Source: Botryllus schlosseri (taxonomy: Eukaryota). Taken from it: a DNA stretch of 64,000 bases. A program made the translations under genes and the position numbers. Shown one piece after another: positions 1-14,011 of the stretch; within the stretch, counting starts at the first letter, position 1, and every line of letters starts with the position of its first letter. The stretch spans positions 19,344,001 through 19,408,000 of the forward strand of contig CM119386.1 in assembly GCA_051294905.1 (NCBI GenBank). The letters are read 5' to 3'. The notes under the pieces were generated by a model, which saw nothing but the letters and a program-made list of their open reading frames with translations, ran no database searches and was not told the origin of the DNA.

Positions 1-2
1 AG

Positions 3-862
3 TAGGGCGAGTTTTTTGACATGTCAAAAAAAGTCAAAATTTTGTCAAAAGTGTAGATTTAGATCGAAAAATTGTCAAAATTGTAGATTTAGATCAAAAA
101 ATTGTCAAAATTATTTACAAAATCAAATTTTTTGTTTGCAACCTGCATTTCGTTTGTATCGTAAATATTTGCACTGTCGGTGAACTTATCATTTGACATT
201 TTACAGCTTGTAGCCTACTTTATAGGTCTACCGTTGTAGACGGCCCATTCTCTGCTCATTGTGAATCATAAGCGGTCAAATGAAACAGAGAGGTTGGCAT
301 GGTCTTATGATCAATGTAACTGAAGCAAGACTGCATGGGCATTGGCTCTTATATCATGAAGCGCATGATGAAAAATGGTGATACAGACAACATTGTCAGA
401 ATGCAGCAACACGGTGTGTCACCAGCTGTGCACGCGCAACTTCAATGTTGCTGAAGTTATTACTCCATTCTTGGCAATTTACTTAGTAAGGACAGACACT
501 TGCCACCCGAGAATGTAGGAAAGTATCTTTTGTTGTACTACTACAAATTTTAATCATTTCTACCATGATGCATGATGGAATTCTTCATAGGTTCAGATTT
601 GGTTAAAATTAAGTTTTTTCCCCTTAAAATTTGTCAGTTTTTTAGTCAGAAAAGTTTTTTCAGGCCAAACTACTTCGTAAGGACAGACAGTTCCAACCAG
701 AAATGAAGATAAGTAGTACAATTCTAACAATATGTGCGAAAATACCTGATTTACATATATGTGGGCATAATTTTGTCACAATTAAGTCTTTGAAGGTAGA
801 AAATGTCAAAACTTTGATTTTCAGGTCAATATCTTCCGTTTTTAGGTAAAAAAATTGCCCTA
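3..862 (+). mobile_element. Non-autonomous hAT deletion derivative carrying a transposase C-terminal remnant (copy 1)
   Basis: TIRs TAGGGCGAG... / ...ATTGCCCTA. Colinear with 32996-33851. The internal remnant reads SILGNLLSKDRHLPPENVGKYLLLYYYKF*, resembling a hAT dimerisation-domain tail. The left TSD is cut by the window edge. Confidence 0.8.
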
Positions 863-3800
863 ATGATACTTGATACTCGAATACTCGACTCAACGCCAAA
901 TGTTCGATTAAGAAGCGAATCGCTCAAGGTATTCGATATTGTTCATCCCTTTATAAATCAATAGTTATGTCTGAATACATCTTCGACGATCCATCGACTA
1001 TAAAACAGGATTCACTGGGCTGCTTTGACAATCTCTATTCTATGAGGAATGAGGTATGACGTGCGATGCAATTAGACGAAGGTTCAATACGCGATGTGTC
1101 GAACGGTACGTGGACATATTCTTGTTTCTGTCAGCAAATGTTAAAGATCAGGGAGAAAGTATTTTTTCGAGTACAGTATCTATAAACACCGACGTTTGCG
1201 GGAAAAATTATACCAGAGGCACGGAACTATTTGCACTCATATTTCCACTATTTGATAGCGGCGTTTGAAAACATATTTTTGTGTCGGAAAGAGTTGTCGA
1301 CTACGAATACTTATTACGGCAGGATGGTTATTTCCTCTCATGTCACGCCATGGCCTACTAGTAGGCCATGGTCAGTATGGTCACGCTATGCAAAAACTAT
1401 GCAGCGCGCATTCCAAATTCCGAAAATCGAAGAACTGGATGGTGATCGAAACTGATATGACAATTACACGCCGGAGGATTGTGCCGAAAACAATTATTTG
1501 CGAGAGAACATGATATTCGACGTCATTCGGATGTTTATGACGCCATAATCAGCTCGTTTAACCATTCTCCACCTAATTTACGGCGCAGATGTCAGAAGGT
1601 ATCCGTATTCAGCATAATTAGCTGATACGCCATCGGGTGTTGTACACGTGTACATGTACAACTGGAGATGACTATGTACTGCATTAATGGAACGGTTTAA
1701 TCAAACATCGAATAATGCTCGGTTAAATCGCCTATTTCAGAGCAGGATTTAAATATCAGTTCGAATTAACCTTTATGATTACATCCAAACTCGTGCAAAT
1801 TATTCATTCAAATGACTGAGGCAGTAGACATGTGAGGAAAATCCTAGACAGACGCACAAGATACAGTGCACTCCGATTACGTGGTTTGTCCAAGATGAAA
1901 AATACAATAGATATGACACATCTATAGCTAAGATATTTTTATTGTGTGCTTTGAGTGCAAATAGAAGTTTCATCGTGCAGGCGGGCCTCGTGACGCCTCA
2001 ATACCACAACACACCTCAGCGACATTTAACTGCAAGGGTATCAGTAGGGCTGGGAATCTATAGTGAATACGTGATGGGGTGCAGTGTAGGTCTATGATAT
2101 ATTGCTGCAAATGTACATTTATAATGTAAGTACATAGCTCCTTAACGCCGTACCACGCCGAAAGTTGACTTTGCTCCAGACAGTGGTATCCTGTGAGATT
2201 TTCGATGAAGGTTAGTGTCGTCATAATAGCGTTAACGTGGGTAATTATTGTCGCCCGAAAAGTCGCCGCCTAGACCATGGTCGCTTCTCGATTTTTGGCA
2301 AGCACAGCTACTCCCGAAATACCGACGGAACTCATTCAATCATGAAAATACAGGGTGCATTAACACAGAGACGACGCTAATCATTTCGAATCACTGCATA
2401 CCGTGCTATTAGCGTCTTTTAAAATTCCCACAACTGTAAATTTCCGCCTAATTCCGCGCGTTTTGAAAATTAAAATTTCAACCGCAATCATTCCTATTGT
2501 CGCCTATAGCGAGACCAATACGTCGTCCAGAATTTCCACTGGAGTGCTGGTGTGATTGAGTCGTGCTATTTTTAGCGAGCGCTACACAAATATACACGTC
2601 AAGAGTTTAGAAAAACGTCCGGTAATTTTCTTGATAATTAACCCGATCTGTCTGGAGAACTTTGCATATTAGTAAAATCTAGATACATTACATCAAATTG
2701 CGTTTGTGCTCACATAATCTCTACCTCTCGGCGGTCACATTTGCTTTTTAGAGAATTTCCAATAATAATTACACGGCGACCGGGGAAATCATATTATTAT
2801 TACTATCACTGCCGTTAAACAGAGTGGTGGTTACCTTCATTTATGTCATTGTGTAACTCGAAGAAGATATTTTAAACAGGTGTTTATAATGGCTGCTTCG
2901 TAGCTCTCTGCGAGATTAATCGCTGTTGCCGAAGACAATTAGATACTTCAAGCGCCGCTATGCTTCTACTTATTCCAAATATTCCAAACGATTGTGCTTA
3001 TAGTGGATTGCATTCTGCGAATAGAATGTAACGCGACTTATCTGTGAGACTGGCATATATAGCGCATATCGAGAGGCCGGTGTAGTGATAAAACTCACAC
3101 GGCAATCAATCGATCACCTGAGGTCGGCATTGATGACTTGATTCCGTTCGCGCTGCCTATATATAGACGGAATGCGTCGCGTTCGATGTAACTAAAAATA
3201 GCTCCCAATATCGCGCCGCGTCGGTATATCACTCGGACACTGGAACACGTTCCCATATAGCACTAGTGTAAAACGAAAACATGAAATCGTTATTGGTTTG
3301 AATAATATGATTAGGAATCACACCGTATGAAATTCATTAGCGTTTGACCTACTAAACCATTGTTACTTAACCTTTTTGCTCCAGCGCCCATAGGCCTACA
3401 GCCTCATACCATTAAGTTCGAGCTCGATGTATAGTGTACGTGTACAGTAGGGCTGTTCAAAAATAACTTTTTGTTCTGGATTCCAGCCAGTCACTGATTA
3501 AATTGTCAGGTTACCCTAAAAAACGCTGCACACCAAATTTGGCTCAATTCTAACAAGTATGGGGCTCCGCAGATCCAATTAAAATTTTTAACTTAGAAAG
3601 GAAAATAAAAAAAAAAATTTTCAAATTTTTCTGATAACCCCATGAAATTGTTAAGCTGTCTTCAGAGACGATGCAAAACAAATTTGACTCAATTCCAACT
3701 AGTAGAAGCAGAGTTATTGGAGTTTTTCGTTGATAATCCTCGGATTATCAAAATGTGCCGAGTGCAGTCAAAACTGCGGTCTCTATACAAGATTAGACAC

Positions 3801-3929
3801 TCCTAATAAAATTATCGAGAAAAGATGCTACAGCCCTCCTTGGGAAACCAAACAGACACGAATTTTAGTCTCTCTCTTTGGAGTCCATGGCGGAAACCAG
3901 GAGTCTTAATGATTATAAGTTGATTTACC

Positions 3930-3930
3930 G

Positions 3931-3968
<38 letters not shown>
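3930..3968. repeat. (GTT)13 microsatellite
   Basis: Direct reading. Confidence 0.95.
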
Positions 3969-3969
<1 letters not shown>

Positions 3970-3974
3970 TTAAG

Positions 3975-4853
3975 TCATTTGTGTTTCCTCGTTAGCATGC
4001 TCACCGTGACAATCATGATTCCTAGTGATACATGATCCTTTCGGTGAAAGGATTTAACTTGACGATATAAATGATGGCAATGGGACTCCATGGATTGAAA
4101 TGGGTCGACAACAAAGGGACAAACGAATGTGCTTGTGCATCGTAACATTTGAACTTGCCGACATATAATCTCTTGGAAGAGATCGTTACTTGGTAATGAT
4201 AATGAATATTGTATATTTATTGCAAATTCCAAACAACATTAACTGATAGCGACTGAATATGGTGTAAGAAGGTAAATATATCAAAAATAATCACAGAGTC
4301 TCGCTAGAATGTCTTGAAAAAAATCCCAGTAGCCAGATAAATATACTCTTAGTCTTCACGACACGCATGGTACTATTCGTTGAATAATTAGGGCGGATAG
4401 AATGCTCTATGTAGAAGAATTAATTTTAGTAATGACTTATACATTGAGCGAGTGCCTATACCAATGTAATTATAGATCTTCGACCGATATCACGTTACCT
4501 GGACACTACATAATTCATATCATTAACATCAGATAATTCCGTAGCTTTCGCAAATATCGATACGGAGGATGCATTCTTTAAAACTTGTTTGTATTCGTGG
4601 CAGTACTTAGGGATCGCATTTGTCGGAATGAACAAGGTTTCATCGGGGCCTACGATAACTTAAGTTATCGTAGGCCCCGGTTTCATGTTTCATCAACCGT
4701 AATGTCATGCAGCTGTATAGTAGGCCAGCTTGTATTTGTTGCCATTCGTATGAACTCGGAATCACGTAACAGCGGCTCTGCACGGTGTAGGTATGCAGAC
4801 GTACAAGCCAGACTGCGAAGCATCAGAGAAATGATTAACCCGGCCAAACGCAT
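3975..4853 (-). pseudogene. Probable 2-exon secreted-protein gene, disrupted by a 50-bp insertion
   Basis: ATG 4853 begins MRLAGLIISLMLRSLACTSAY (signal-peptide-like). Removing the palindrome and the duplicated ATGAAAC restores the frame to donor AG|GTAACG (4499). A phase-2-compatible acceptor at 4188 continues to a stop at 3975, giving about 172 aa. Confidence 0.4.
4644..4679. repeat. 36-bp perfect palindrome flanked by GTTTCAT direct repeats
   Basis: CGGGGCCTACGATAACTT|AAGTTATCGTAGGCCCCG. GTTTCAT occurs at 4637-4643, 4680-4686 and again at 4687-4693. Confidence 0.95.
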
Positions 4854-7113
4854 TTTTGAATAGTTGAGTCGTGAATCTCGAGACACGCGTCTGTGTAACA
4901 TGAGCGGCTTCAACAGAGTCCATTCTTTACTTGGAACCAATGGTCGTCGAGATGCCGAACACTTGATGAACTGAGTTGTTATATTTCTTCATCAAAATCT
5001 CTTATTCGACGAATGCATCTGATCGTTTCAGCTTCGTTAGTCATCAATCACACAGTTTACACGACACATTTCCCGCATCCTGCAAACGTGTATATTCCTA
5101 CCATTTGAATTTGCTGGAGAATTAAGATCATGGCAGTTCTTATCTTCTCGCCTTGTCAGTTATTTACGGGTATCCCGTATGCACCATGCAAATTGAAGGA
5201 ATTTAATGAATACCACATTACCACAATGACTAGATACGTATTGGTAGATTAACCAATTACGGTAGAGTATCTAATTGTGTGTTGTCGTTCGTTATAAACT
5301 ATATAAACAACTAATATTAGGATCTGTCTAACCATAGACTTCTGCTATACGATTTAGCAGATTGTGTAGCTATTCTCATTGAAAATCACTATTTCTCCTT
5401 CTGGAGGATTCTTGACACTTACATTTATCTTTTGGTGTAGTCGTTATGTACTCGAGTAAATTGTCAAGTATTATCGCTCCGAGTGAAAATTAAAAGCAGA
5501 ATATAGGTCGCTTACTTTTCCCTGACTAAATTCCATGAAAAATCATCGTACATCCCCTAGATGCGCTGCTGATATTTGTAACCGAGCAACATACGAGCGT
5601 AAATACTAAGGAATGCCTGTAGAAATTGACAGACAGTTACTTGGATCTGTGTCGGTTTTTAACTTACAAAATATTTTGATTGTGTTCTGGAAATGAATCG
5701 GTCGGCTGAAAGCGTAATATGTTGAATTGTTCTAACGTGTGCACATCTCTGTCATCGCTGACATACCGTCATATAGTGTAATTACATAGACTGGACAAGT
5801 GGATGGGCAATTTGGCATATACCAATATGGTTAAAACGCGAATGACCTATTGTATTTAATAGCGGGCTGGTGTTAAACCGGAAACTCGCCGCGATTTCCT
5901 CAGTCGTTCACAAAACAGTACACCACCGTTATTGGTTTGCTATCCGGAAGAATGCTAATTGTTGGTGTTTTGTGACTCAAATTTCATTTCCGGCGCAATC
6001 CTGTATTGTATGCAGACGATCAAGCTTTGGAAAGAACTGGTCAATTGTTAAAGCCCAGCTGCAATTTAGAATATGCGGTAATGTTATATGATCGCCATGA
6101 AGGGCAAATGCGGATGGTGACTTTATAAATCCAGATTATGCTTAGCAGTAGTATAGGCCATGCTACCTGCAGACTACATATTAAGAGTCATGACTCTGAT
6201 ATAAATATTTTAAATAATAAATTCCACTCTATCAACGCCTGTTCTCGGTACTTCCAATAGGTCCCTGGAGCTCAATTTATAAACTTATAGCCATTCACAG
6301 ATATAACAGTATCGCCAAGACCGAAAAAGGTCACCTAGATTATTCTGCCGCGGATAGCTGATGCCCTTTCGACGATGGTAGTGTGATTCGACTCACAGAT
6401 TTTTGGGTAGACTACATACCGAGAATAGTTATTTCCATGAAAGGTTATTAGGAATATGCGATATCTGTATTCACATAAGGTTACGTCATATATCCAAATT
6501 TGACCCAATTTCATCCGTCAAATGTTAATTGGCCTCGACTTCCACGAAAATATCGGGCGTATCGTGACGCGATAAACACGCGCTTGAAACCAATCAGGAT
6601 GACTCATGTGTGTATCTATTGACAATCTGAGTTCGGTTAACTGCTCGTAGGGTCGGTAGACTTTTAACCCTAACTAAAGTTCGCAGATGAGGGCGTATAT
6701 TATGTAACTCTATTGTTTACTAATGCATTTGAGTTTCTGCAATGTGCATTCACTTACTTTAGTCATCCGAACTATTTATGCAACGCAATGGTATTACCCA
6801 CTCATGGTTCAGGGGGAATGTTTACAATGACACTGGCGTATGGCGAAATCATCTCAAGAATTCAATGATCTTTGACAAGTTCACACAATGACCGTTTAAT
6901 CAGGTCTAATATAATTACTGTGTTGCTGGATGCATGCTACCACCATAGCACACATAGACTCTAGGTTTCGGCTGAAATGCGGATACTAGATAACCATACC
7001 AGACTTGCAAAAACTAGCTTATAGTTGACCATAAAGCGTAAACTAACTACTGTTTGTTTTTAGTTTCACCAATTATAGTTTTTATGTTCTTGACCACAAT
7101 TTATCATTTAGTA

Positions 7114-7459
7114 TAGGGCTACTATATTTTGCAAATCTAAAAAGAGGACACTTTTTCAGAATTTTCAGACTTGCAAAACCGGAGGAGAATTCTCAAAAAA
7201 TGGTAAATGGTGCCCGAAATACAGTTTTTTACTTCACATTGTCGGGTGGTTGAATAAAAAAAGGTCGACTTCCCGCTCAGCTCCCGAAATACCCGACGGA
7301 GCGTCACTTCGGTGCTGCTTTACGGCATCTCAGTCGGATTTTGCTATAAATATAACCAATATTCTCAAAAACGAGGACAAAACGGCGACCTCCTAGGACT
7401 ATTTCAAAAAAGTCAAAAAGACGACAAATCCTCTTAAAAGAGGACGTATGGTAACCCTA
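7114..7459. mobile_element. hAT MITE, TAGGGTTACCATA family
   Basis: TIRs TAGGGCTAC.../...TATGGTAACCCTA; perfect TSD ATTTAGTA (7106-7113, 7460-7467); AAGAGGAC subterminal motifs. Confidence 0.9.
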
Positions 7460-7736
7460 ATTTAGTATAGGCCTTGATTGTCTACTGCCCGTTTTTTCTA
7501 CAGAGCTAATCGCGATCTACAAAAGTCTCACTTGGGCGTATCAAACCTGCTATTATCCATGCAAGATAGCAGTCTTCACCGATAGTATAAGTAAGTGCAT
7601 TGCAGTCCATCGAACATAAAAGTGTGGGCAACAATGTGGTCGTTAATATCATCACTATCTGCAGAGATTTATCGCAGAGAAACATCGCCACACACCTAGT
7701 CTGGATACCAAGGCATCACGACGTCGGATACAACTA

Positions 7737-8125
7737 TAGGGTTGCATTTAAAACTAAAATCAATTTGAAACAAACATATTTAGAACAAGGCCCTTGTTTA
7801 AAACATGTTTTTTTTCTATTGTCTTTTTCAAGCAATGACGTCACGTTTATTCAATTGTGCCGTCATGGTGTATTGGCATTGACAACTGAAAATGTAGGGT
7901 AGATATAGCTCCTTTGACGAAATACCTATGTACTATAGCTGTTGAACCGACTATTTTTGGGTTTCCAACCATCCCATATCGTACACGTCGGTCATATTGG
8001 GTGGTAATTGTCTGTATAGGCTCATACAACATGTTTTTTTGTAAAGTATTTACACAATTGTGGCATAATTTTACTACTTAAAAAAAACACAATTTTTTAT
8101 AGATTTCATTCCAAAACAAAACTTG
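7737..8125 (+). mobile_element. Truncated hAT MITE, TAGGGTTGCATTT family
   Basis: Left TIR plus a body homologous to 63164-63580 and to the reverse complement of 51125-51449. Right end not found. Confidence 0.75.
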
Positions 8126-11065
8126 GCATTTCGGCGCCAGTCATTACCGCTTCGCGACACACCAAGACTTCGGAAGTTTTGGCCAACATACGACTTCGCT
8201 AAGTGAGTTACCAAATGAAAGCTTGCGCGAAAATGACCGCCTCATGTTGGCCGAAATCATCAATATATATATTAATACCAATCGTCCATTGTCCATATAT
8301 AGGCCTAGGCGTGAAATGGTCTTTCACTTGCTATCTGAAGTCACCAACTCCTTCAGCTCTGCAAGTAAATCTTATCACGTGAACACGTGAACTAAGAGAG
8401 GATGAAAAATTATTAGCATTATATACAATTACCAATATTATAGACCTAATTCAATCCTGGATATGAAAATTTTCGCGCCTGGCGCGATTACTTACACCGA
8501 TAAACAAAATACCCACACCAGTAAAAGTTGCCTTACTGGTAGTCATAAAAAGGCCCGTCGTGAAGGGGCTGGGGGCAAAGCAAGCGAAGCCCCCGCATAA
8601 GTTTGGTATATGATCCTATGGGTGGCAACACCAACGTTTTGTGGGAGGAAGGGGGGCGGACGCAGTACTCTTTCGGCCCTGCCTGTAGCCAGAGTCGGCA
8701 CTACTAACAGAGGCGTAGCTAGGTGTAGGTTTGGGGGGTCGAATCTCCTCCCCTTTCATGTTCCCGTGGAAAGCTGATCAGATTCCGCTAAAATAAAAAT
8801 TAATGAGTTGTTTCGGGATTGAATCTAGTTCGTTAGGTTTTAGATAGCTACTTGCGGATTTTCAAAGGTCGTTAGTAATAGTAACTCACACCTCCTGGTG
8901 TTTGCGATGCGGACATTATAGCTACAACACTCCCGATTATTGCGCTACTGTGTTGGCAATAAAAGTAGCTCTGAGTTTCAACTCTGTGGTGAGGCGTGGC
9001 GTGGCGTTGGTTTCCAGCTGCACTTCGTTGAAGCTTATCCCGTGAGATGATGCTGGTGCGGATTCACATGTGTTATGCGATTTGAAGCTGATTGCTACAA
9101 CTAGTTATCTATCCCCGTTACCGCGCTACGCACGGACAACTCTAGTGAGCATAAGTGAAGGCGACATATAAGAGTGTGTAAGCCAGCTTCACTTTTCGCC
9201 TCACTTGTGAATCAAAAGGTGCAAATATTCAATTACATAGCATTATAAGACCGGAAACAAGTTCCCAAATTACGGTAATCCTTTATGCGTCAGTCTGGAA
9301 TTTGTCGGGAAGATACTAGACCGCCTTTCGACACACTGCCGGCAGTGGAACGCTTCAACGTAACCCGAATGACTTGCCACGAGCAAATTACCTACTTGAG
9401 AAACAAGCGCCGTGTGACACACGGTCGGAACACACGGCGACTTCCAGAAACTGCGGCTTATACCATATTTTATCGGGCACTTTTCGCAAACGCGCCGTTT
9501 TAGACGTCTTCGAGTTTCAGGATATGCGTGGATATCAATATCATTTCCTGTCACTGACTGCACCTATTTGCGTTCAAATTTATTCCAACATTCAATTAGA
9601 ATATCATCGAAGCCGTGTCCGCCGGGTCAGTAATAATTGACACCAATGGAGCCACGCCGTGTAGAGTCGCGTAATCATACCAACGGTTCGGAACTGATTC
9701 GATGTAAGCGAGTGAATCACAATCCCCTCGTGTTGTGTAACTCCGTTTCCATCTCGTGTTGCTATAGCGCGCCTCGCTAACCTTGAGCACAATGATGGAC
9801 GTAAAGAGGGAAACGCCTGATATGAATGCTATGTTTACAGTAGTGCTGAACACTAGAAATAAGTATGAATGTAAATGGGAGTGCAAGGCGGAAGAACTTG
9901 AATAATAATGATTGGTAGAGTAGCCCGCTTTCAATTCGTATCCCGCCCGAATAAGATGTTTTGAGCATGGCTCGTAAGTCTTGAGTTTCGGCATCGTAAC
10001 GGCATTAACCTCCAACACTGAACCATTTTGCAGCAAGCCGCACAATGATATCTGCGATTCATTGCAGCTCGCATCTTAGTGCTGCCTCACCAAGACATCA
10101 CAGAGAGCGCAATAGAATCTCGAGTCCTCATGCGTTCTCGTAACCTACGAAAACATGTTGCACAAGATGACAGATGTTCACTACGGTCAAGTGGCAGTCG
10201 TCGACCGCGCCAACTACAAGGCGTTATTTCATACTTATCGGTTGTCAAATGTTCCACATTCTTTGTGACGAAACACGTCTGACATAATCTTCTTTGTAGT
10301 CGTATTGAAAGCCAACCGTTCCACTGTCTCGTGTTTTTCAATGTATGCGTTTATTTATGGGGGCGCTCAACCACTCAGTAAACTCGAACACTACTTTGAG
10401 TTCACATTAAATCCCCCACATACTCATGTATTCTAGGCTTACTGTAGAATACCAAAATGACGCATTTTTAAAAATGTTATCCATGTAATAATACAGTCGC
10501 TTCGTGACACCTGTGTGATTACCAGGGGCCCTGCATGATATCATTTTAATACCCGTGCAATAATATGTCCACTTCTATGTCACCAGACTTTCGAGCAAAC
10601 TATTGTACTAGCCTACATACTACGTTGCTACTATTTCATAACGGTTCTGTTATCCAGTAAATCGGATTGCATACATAAATCTACTATGTCACGAACGAAA
10701 AGTACTAGCGAAGCAATGAAATCATGGGTGTTACGTAACATCACTATTTTAATCTTTTTGGACATCGAACCCGATACCCGCGTTCGCGTCCGGCGTTAAT
10801 TGTGCTTGGTAATGCTATTTCATATCAGTGTTGATAACGAATAAAAGGCCTCTCCCACTCTCTCTTAACTGAGCACTGAGCAGTACGGACGCCACTACTG
10901 AAATCCTTGAGTGTTTGGCATAGCTGAAGCGTTCCCATACCATTGTGATGACCCATTATATGCGCATTGTTGTGAGTGAATGAGCTTGTTCCGTTGACTA
11001 GGGAAACAGCTGACTGAGATTTCGCATTTCAGACAAGTCTAATCCAACTCTGCTGCGGGTTATAT

Positions 11066-12101
11066 CAGGGGTCGGCAAACCCCGGCATGATTTTTCATGG
11101 CACGCCAAATGATTTCACGCAAACGACATATTGAGACCACGTTTTTGCAAAAACTGAAACAGAAGTTTTCGAAATATACAAAGCTCGTATGCGATATAAA
11201 ATTATTTCGCAAATCAACATAAAATAGAGTCTTTTAGGGCAGATTTTACTTATCTTGAAATTTCTTGGAACCTAATGTCTTGATTATAATGTGGGAAACG
11301 TCAATTAATAAATATATATGTATATAGAAAATGTTTTTAAAAACTATGGACATTGTACAGAAATGAGTCAACCGTATTAGCAGTTCTGAAAGAACGTCAA
11401 CCGAATGTCGTATAAAACCGTTTTGATGGTTTAGCCCAATAGTGTTCACTGTGCCGCCTACGGGAGCGCAGAAGACGCCATAGAAGAAACTACCAAGATA
11501 TAAAGTTTCGGACAGCATGCGACCATGCGACTCCCGTGCGGTGTTAGCGTTTCCAAACTGATTGGCGGCGATAAAACAAAATAACCACCCCATGCTGGCC
11601 AAAACGTTCGACGTTTGATATGTCGACTGTCAAATGACCAGCGCCGAATAGACCAGCGCCCGCAGTTTGAGCCGAACGTATCAGATGAGACCTGTCGAAG
11701 GAAATAATGAGCCCTGTATCGAAATGCGAATTTGGAATCGTGTACTGTTCGTCTCTCGGAAGGAGATATTTTTTTTGGTTTCATCTGGTGTGCAAGCGAT
11801 TCCAATATACCTGGAGCTTTACCGTGACTTTTGCAGACAAATCTAGTGTCAGACCAACCTTAATGTGACACCAAACCGACTTGAATGATATAGGGGTGGG
11901 CATATTTTCATCATCACCATACCATATCATCGCAACAACACTGCTTGGCCAGTCACTTATTGGATATGGTACCGAACACAGTGGTCTTGGAAACGACCAA
12001 ATCAAGCAAGCACAGAAGTTCGATCATTGGCACGCAAGCTGGTAAAAATTGGCATTTTTTGACATTTTGGCACGCTGCACACGAAAGGTTGCCGGCCCCT
12101 G
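11066..12101. mobile_element. Non-autonomous hAT (Buster/Charlie-type)
   Basis: TIRs CAGGGGTCGGCAAAC / GGTTGCCGGCCCCTG; TSD GGTTATAT / AGTTATAT. Confidence 0.85.
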
Positions 12102-14011
12102 AGTTATATCAAAGGGTATTTCTCGTGGTGAAATGCCTCATGACTAATAACGCACGTTGCGTAGCGAATCATGTGAAGTTGCAAGTTTTCATTCACTTGC
12201 GGACCTTTCTGATTTTTCGACAGTCAGCTGAGCAGTGAGCACACTCATGGGACTTTGCGTACTTCTTGCATTAATCACAAAGGCAGAATAATGTACTATG
12301 CCGGACGGTAGTTACGAATTTACCGTTCATCCTATGACTCATACATGTTACGGCTGGTAAGATTGCAAAGGTTAAACTACCAACTCGGCTCAATCGCACA
12401 CACAGCCCTTGGCAAATTATTTTCATTGTGTGAGCCTGAGCGCACATGCTCAAATTCTTCTTACGCTTTTTGGGGATGCAAACTGGTAGTCGATATTGTA
12501 TTAAACGGCTCTTTAGACGACTTATGCAAATAAACTCAAAATGCAGTGTTTGCACTCCCGGCTGAGTCAGTGATAAATGATACGCAACCTCTTATCATTC
12601 TGAATCAGATATAGAAAAACCAAGGCTCGCAAGCAGCATCTGGTTCGCTTACATTTCCGAATTATGTCAAGCACCATTTATTTTGCGCTGTGTGTTCCCT
12701 AGTTGAAAGCGTTCGAAGCGATCTGCCGCAAAACCATCTTCCCAAGAATTCCAATCATCTGTCACGGTCTGATTAGACAAAACTCAGCTGTGGTTTTCCT
12801 TGACTTTGAACTTTCAATTGATGACATTAAAATAGACGGCGTCCTGTGGTTGATGAATAGCATCGTACGGGCGATTAATGATTAATTTACATGAACTCCT
12901 GGTATTATGTAAAGTTGCGTAAATGCAAATAATATTCTAGTACATTTGTCGAGATGAAATGATTTTCTGATAGAGACTATTTTGCACATCGTAAATATCG
13001 GCCTCCTCATTTCACGTTATTTGCTATCTGAATATGCTTATTTATTTGCATATTTTTATTACCATATGCTTTAACTTTCATAAACTATACATGCCGCACT
13101 CTATTAAGTATATGTGTTCTGTCGAAACAACCTGTCATCTGTCAATATCCAACGAGGATTGGAAGTGAAAATGACCATCACCTTGCGGCAATAGCTGTTG
13201 GATGATATTCAAACAGACCAAATGTTTTATTCATAAGAGATAACGTCATGTGTATAAGGGTATCTTTGAGCCATAAGTCAACCGTCAAGTTAATATATCA
13301 CAGGTAGAGGTCGGGAGGGTAAATATAGCTCTTACCCGCTTCTCCTGCCAAAGTGGACATCGTGACGATATTTTATCGGTTACATCATAATTCATAGTGT
13401 ACATGTGATGTCAGATCGCTGATGAAATGATGATGCTCCATGTGTTCTATTATCTCGTTCTTGTTGCACCAATACACTGCTGACTGCTGGTGTAGTTTTG
13501 TTGCTACACGAAGCTTGCAGTATGCAATATAACGGTTGCGTTTACCAGATATTTACGCCTGTAGGTTGGGGTGCAGCTGCTGAAGAGAGTGAATACGCAC
13601 AGAGAAATGGATTTAGGACTTAACAAGATTAACGTGGCCAAGAGCCGAGTACATTTAGCTAGGATATCCCGACAACACCACACACGTGGTTAATACCGGC
13701 TGAGTTATGAAAAATCTTGCTTCAATAAACATATTTGAAGATAAAAGGATAGGGCAAATACCATTTCTAGTCTTGACGGGATGGAACATGAATCCACAAA
13801 ATTGCAGTTTACATTGCAAACTATATTCAGACCGGAAAATCCGTCGGTAAATCTACTGATCTTCGCACGTTGACTCTCGCCCGATCACACGATCCGGAAT
13901 CAGGGTGAAGCCAGAGCGAACTGCACACTTTTCCAGTATTAATATCGATAAGGCGTATCAATGTAACAGACGCGATATATACAATTCCAACAGTTCATGA
14001 TGCATCATGGC

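Noticed and set aside
967-1560. Decayed BTB/BACK-kelch gene (MRNE..CDAI; ENMIFDVIR)
   Set aside because: It needs several frameshifts and stops, and the similarity is too faint to support.
11458-12005. ORFs suggesting a Mab21-like or transposase N-terminus
   Set aside because: They are inside the 11066-12101 hAT, and no convincing motif series appears in any frame.
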